From Alteromonadaceae bacterium (GTDB lineage Bacteria > Pseudomonadota > Gammaproteobacteria > Pseudomonadales > Cellvibrionaceae), in contig NVXL01000106.1 of the NCBI GenBank assembly GCA_002746115.1, forward strand, positions 1-15,775: a stretch of 15,775 nt of DNA, read 5' to 3'. Below the pieces are notes generated by a model. It saw only the letters and a program-made list of their open reading frames with translations. It did no database searches and was not told the origin of the DNA. The position numbers and the translations under genes were made by a program. Below are positions 14,366 through 15,775 of the stretch, in pieces (position 1 is the first letter of the stretch; each line of letters opens with the position of its first letter).

Positions 14366-14972
14366 ATTTACCCCCTTATTACTGGTTGGTTTTGGCCTTG
14401 GAATGATTCACGCCCTCGATGCGGATCATATTATGGCAATAGCGGCCTTAAACAATCAAAAGCCCGCATTTAGACGCACCATCACCCACAGCGCACATTG
14501 GGCCTTAGGCCACGGCAGTGTTTTATTAATTAGCGGAGCCCTGCTCTTTGGTCTCGGCATCGCCATGCCACAATCCATGCAAAAATTGGCCGAAAATGCC
14601 GTCGGCATTGTATTAATTGGTCTAGGTTTATCTTTTTTCTGGCAATTCAGCAGAGAAAAAAAACAAGCCCCCATAAAAAACCCCGGCGTACATAAGCCCT
14701 TACTTATCGGTATTTTACACGGCTTAGCTGGCAGCGCCTCGGCCTTAGCATTACTACCCGCACTAGCTCAAAACGAGCACCTTCAGGCGATTATATATTT
14801 ATTGATTTTCTCTCTAGGAGTCATGCTCGGCATGTTATTTTTTGGTTTAATCTTTGCGTATTTACAGCGTTTTATGAGCCAACATTATTTCCGCACCTTT
14901 CAAGGTACGAGGCAAGTGCTAGCCCTGCTGTCGATTGCTTTGGGAAGTTTCTGGCTCTACCAAAGCGTCTAG
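14355..14972 (+). CDS. Short six-TM metal permease related to the UreH/NiCoT (HoxN) family. Putative cobalt (or nickel) importer.
   Basis: The first TM helix carries the H-x4-D-H signature (MIHALDADHIMAIAAL) that defines NiCoT/UreH permeases. The product is 205 aa with about 6 hydrophobic helices and a second conserved His cluster (GILHGLAGSASAL). It is embedded in the B12 operon and overlaps the cobB end by 11 nt. Confidence 0.7.
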   Translation: MLIEFTPLLLVGFGLGMIHALDADHIMAIAALNNQKPAFRRTITHSAHWALGHGSVLLISGALLFGLGIAMPQSMQKLAENAVGIVLIGLGLSFFWQFSREKKQAPIKNPGVHKPLLIGILHGLAGSASALALLPALAQNEHLQAIIYLLIFSLGVMLGMLFFGLIFAYLQRFMSQHYFRTFQGTRQVLALLSIALGSFWLYQSV

Positions 14973-14975
14973 CTT

Positions 14976-15775
14976 TATGTGGAAGGAGAGCGGCGAGCAA
15001 AACAAACCCCTGCGCACCGGCTTAACCACCGGCACCTGCGCCACTGCCTGCGCCGCCGCTTGTGCACGTTTTTTATTGACCGGTAATAAAGCCGATACGG
15101 TCAGTGTGATTTTGCCTAAGGGGCAGGTAGTTGAGCTTAGTGTTAATACGCAATATCTCACCGCCCCTAATACAGATCAAACCAGCAAGCACAGTCAAAC
15201 TTATAGCGCCCGGTCGAGCACAATTAAAAATGCAGGGGACGACCCCGATGTGACTCATGGCGCAACAATATTTGTGCTGTTAAATTTAAGCAAAACCCCG
15301 GGCATCAAGTTATTAGCCGGTGAAGGCGTCGGCACCGTCACCCGTGAAGGCTTAGCTCTCGCCGTTGGTGAGCCTGCCATTAATCCGGTGCCGAGGCAGA
15401 TGATTATTGACCATCTAAACCAAGTCGCTCAGCAATATCATTACCTTGGCGGCTTTACCCTTGCCGTCGGGGTCGAAAACGGTGAGGCCATTGCACTTAA
15501 AACCATGAACGGTCGTTTGGGTATTATTGGTGGCTTATCCATCCTTGGCACCACAGGTATTGTTAGACCTTTTTCTTGCGCCGCTTGGATCGCCTCGATC
15601 ACTCAGGGCATCGATGTCGCCAAGGCCTGCGGCCTTGAGCATATTGCCGCAAGTACCGGTAACCGTAGCGAGCACGCAATTAAGTCGTGGTACAACATGC
15701 AAGATATGGCCCTTATTGAGATGGGCGATTTTGCAGGTGCGGTGTTAAAGCATCTTAAAAAACACCCGATTAAAA
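14976..15775 (+). CDS. cbiD: Cobalt-precorrin-5B (C1)-methyltransferase CbiD, 3'-truncated at the window edge
   Basis: This ORF is absent from the supplied track because it runs off the end of the window. I translated it myself from the ATG at 14976: MWKESGEQNKPLRTGLTTGTCATACAAAC...ILGTTGIVRPFSCAAWIASITQGIDVA. These match the CbiD N-terminal LRxGxTTGxCAxAAAKAA and the S-C-x-A-x-I-A-S-I segments. There is no stop before base 15775. Confidence 0.85.

Noticed and set aside
1079-15748. Short ORFs from the supplied track that lie inside or antisense to confident genes: 1079-1264(-), 2423-2608(+), 2828-3109(+), 5206-5574(+), 7193-7474(+), 9909-10127(-), 9978-10166(+), 10021-10386(-), 10654-10893(-), 11175-11417(-), 11584-11967(-), 12474-12677(-), 13330-13518(-), 13422-13664(-), 13839-14057(-), 14061-14252(+), 14076-14285(-), 14456-14674(-), 14919-15161(-), 15073-15258(-), 15527-15748(+)
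   Set aside because: Each is embedded in a longer ORF whose product has clear family motifs. Their translations are low-complexity or Arg/Ser/Cys-rich, as expected for out-of-frame or antisense reading. None has a convincing ribosome-binding site.
1-15775. CRISPR arrays, rRNA genes, and the tRNA-like domain of tmRNA
   Set aside because: I found no array of regularly spaced identical repeats of 24 nt or more. The only tandem repeats are the 11-nt and 15-nt short arrays. I found no rRNA-like conserved stretches. The tRNA-like sequences at 6601-6742 lack the tmRNA 5' GGGGCTGATTCTGGATTCGAC and 3' acceptor pairing.

Overview
This 15.8-kb window looks like chromosomal DNA from a marine-type Gram-negative bacterium, probably a gammaproteobacterium. 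That taxonomic guess is inferred from gene content and a rough GC estimate of about 45%. I could run no searches; every call below comes from reading motifs directly in the supplied sequence and translations.

Left part, bases 1-6275:
- A 5'-truncated tail-specific protease gene (prc).
- A GNAT acetyltransferase.
- A PleD-like response-regulator diguanylate cyclase on the minus strand.
- Divergent from that, a tight three-gene operon: a cytoplasmic YbjQ/UPF0145 protein, a membrane-anchored YbjQ paralog, and an M48 zinc metallopeptidase.
- A convergent SPFH/band-7 protein.

Middle part, bases 6276-9294 (the accessory-looking part):
- Two decayed tRNA-like sequences.
- A two-gene cassette, a truncated receiver-like protein followed by an HNH nuclease, sitting 25 nt downstream of an intact tRNA-His.
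- About 1.4 kb with no convincing genes. It is dense in GGAAGGCC-core palindromes, two rho-independent terminators, short tandem repeats and AT-rich sequence.

Right part, bases 9295-15775:
- A cobalamin riboswitch. It carries GGGAAG, CTGCCCCCGC, ACCACTGG and GGGAAGG elements and the B12 box AGCCCGAAGACCGGCC.
- The riboswitch heads a compact operon: cbtB-cbtA, a ChlI-ChlD fusion chelatase subunit, cobO, cobB/cbiA, a short UreH/NiCoT-like metal permease, and cbiD, which runs off the window edge.

The most interesting candidates are the tRNA-His-adjacent receiver-like/HNH cassette between tRNA relics, the YbjQ-YbjQ(TM)-M48 operon, and the long structured non-coding region.
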